Source: Felis catus
Lineage: Eukaryota
NCBI RefSeq assembly: GCF_018350175.1
Contig: NC_058373.1
Span: 117,616,001 to 117,680,000 of the forward strand
DNA: 64,000 nucleotides
Reading direction: 5' to 3'
Shown here: positions 62,250-64,000 of the stretch, one piece after another
How the letters are laid out: each line of letters opens with the position of its first letter
Numbering within the stretch: the first letter of the stretch is position 1
Program-made: the position numbers and the translations under genes
The notes under the pieces: model-generated
What the model was told of the DNA's origin: nothing
Seen by the model: only the letters and a program-made list of their open reading frames with translations
The model's database searches: none

Positions 62250-62742
62250 ATGTAGGAGACCCTCCTTGGGTGTCTTCCCAGGACCTGGAAACCTTCCCCT
62301 GGTGTCAGACTATGGGCTTCAGGCAGCCATGTTTCTTTTCTCTGCCCCTGACCTCCTGACCATGGCGGATTGGACCAGCGGTGATCACCTGACTCAAGCC
62401 AAGCCAAATAGGTGTTCTCTACCAGGAATCTGAAACCAGACCCCTGTGAGACATTTGTCTCAGTCTCTGTGGGTCACTTTCCCTGGACTTGGTGTCGTAG
62501 GACGTCCGTATTTTACTGTGTGCACAGAAGAACAGAGAAATACGTCTTAAGAGAGAGAGGATTAAAGCACTTGCCCAGAAAGGAGCTGAAAGAAGAGATG
62601 GAGGGGCCAGACAGCTCTCCGCCCTCCCCTTCTGAACCCACCCTGTTGCCCTTTTGAGACACCCTTGTGTCCTCATCCCCCTGTTTCAATTTAGTGGCCT
62701 TGAATTGATAGCTGTTATTTACAAACACAGAGTTTTAATGCA
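62250..62742. mobile_element. Probable ancient ERVL-class LTR (LTR16-like)
   Basis: tg...ca ends; gattggaccagcggtgatcacctgactcaagccaagccaa motif. Confidence 0.4.
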
Positions 62743-64000
62743 CAGGTGTTCACAAACATTGGCAGACTGTTGGAGCTAGAAGGGACCTTCAGCCCCTGTC
62801 TTTGTTTACCCACTGGGGACACTGTGGTTCCAAGAGGTTAGGTGGTTCACCCCGGGTAACACTGAAACAGTGGCAGAGCCAGGACAAGTGCCTAGAGCCT
62901 CTTGGCTGCTTGGGTGAAACCCTGCCCTCTGCCCCTGGCTGCCTCCAAATCTTTGCCTTCTGCTCTAACTCCTAGGGTTTGAGGAGCTAATATGACTGGA
63001 AGGGAGGTAGACTTGGGGACTGGAAGGTTCCCAGGGTTTGGGAAGGAGTTCAAAGGAAATCTCACACCGGGAGACCCAAAAACCCATTCAAGAGGCTAAT
63101 TTTGATGCGGGATCTGGGACTCTTCCAACAGCACCTGGGTCTGCCTGGATGATGCTGGGAAAGAGAGGAGCCAGGCCCTCATTTGCATGTATGCAAATGA
63201 GGCCTTCCACAGCTGTCCAGAAGCCACCTCTGCTCGGAGCGCTCCGCTCCGCGCGGCTGGGGCCTGCTTCCAGCTGTCTACTCAGCCTTGGAAGAAAGAG
63301 AGAGACGGGCTCGCCAGAGTCACCCACCCAGCTGACACAGAGTCATCCCAACACTGCTGTGCTGGAGGAGCAAAGAGCTTAAGCCCCCAGAGTGTGAAAC
63401 TGGGGTCTCCCTCGCCCGGGCCGCCCCTCACCCCACCGGCAGCTGTTTCCCTGCTGGGCAGGAACAGAGGCCAGGCCCAAGATCCAGGATTCTAGCAGGA
63501 GGGCCGTGGGGAGGACTTGCCCATGGTTTGAGGAGCTGCACCTTTCTGGGGCTCCCACATCTCCCTTTCCCTGGCCTCGGCACCGCCCATCCCTCTCTGC
63601 AAGGCCTTCCCTTCCCTCACTGAGCCCGGGGAGAAAGAAGAGACTAGGCAATTGGCCTGGGGGTTGGGAAGCCTGACCTGAAACCCAGCTCAGCCACTGG
63701 ACTCCCTATCACCCCGAGCAAGTCTCAGCCTCAGTTTCCCCTTCTATACATTTGAAGGTGAGGCAGGAAGCCTAGAGTCATGCCTTTAGCCAAAGAACTC
63801 CTTCCACAGCGACATCTTAGATGGACTGCCAAGCTGTGCGGCCTGGTTGCCACAGCTCTGGGAGGGGAGGGGGTGTCCGTCAGCCTTTCCCCCACCTGTT
63901 CATCTTGTAGAGCCCCTGAGGCTCATCACGGTACATTTTGAAAACCACGAGGCTCACTGGTCCCTAAGGTCCCTTCCTGCTGCCAGGTCTATGATTTCAA

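Noticed and set aside
54000..64000. Expected convergent neighbour DPF3 (from recalled synteny)
   Set aside because: No PHD-finger or other DPF3 coding exon recognised on the minus strand; it probably lies beyond the window.
1..64000. CRISPR arrays, rRNA, operon-like or prokaryotic defence systems
   Set aside because: Sequence is mammalian; no regularly spaced repeat-spacer array or rRNA similarity seen.

Overview
Mammalian genomic DNA, almost certainly a felid (domestic-cat-like), judged from about 21 carnivore tRNA-derived Can-SINE/SINEC_Fc copies, many with clear target-site duplications (TSDs). The left ~28 kb is the 3' end of RGS6 (+ strand): the 54-nt cassette exon PESEQGRRTSLEKFTRSV (2606-2659), a ~21 kb last intron, the terminal 'alpha' exon GKSLAGKRLTGLMQSS* (23939-23989) and a ~4.1 kb 3'UTR. 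The most interesting biology is a combinatorial C-terminal splicing system in that intron. A 67-nt frame-switching exon (14765-14831), preceded by a nested RNA hairpin and RBFOX/SRRM4-type motifs, would redirect translation into a second, 55-codon reading frame of the terminal exon. A 27-nt microexon candidate (19488-19514) is open in both of those frames. There are also several candidate alternative last exons. The right ~36 kb looks intergenic and repeat-rich (L1M, HAL1, L2, MIR, MLT, MER), with an 84-bp dispersed duplication, a tiny retroposed LTR-like fragment and a perfect double-octamer palindrome. Almost all ORFs in the supplied track are spurious. Gene and isoform identities come from recognising peptides from memory, not from a database search; repeat subfamily names and boundaries were judged by eye and are approximate.
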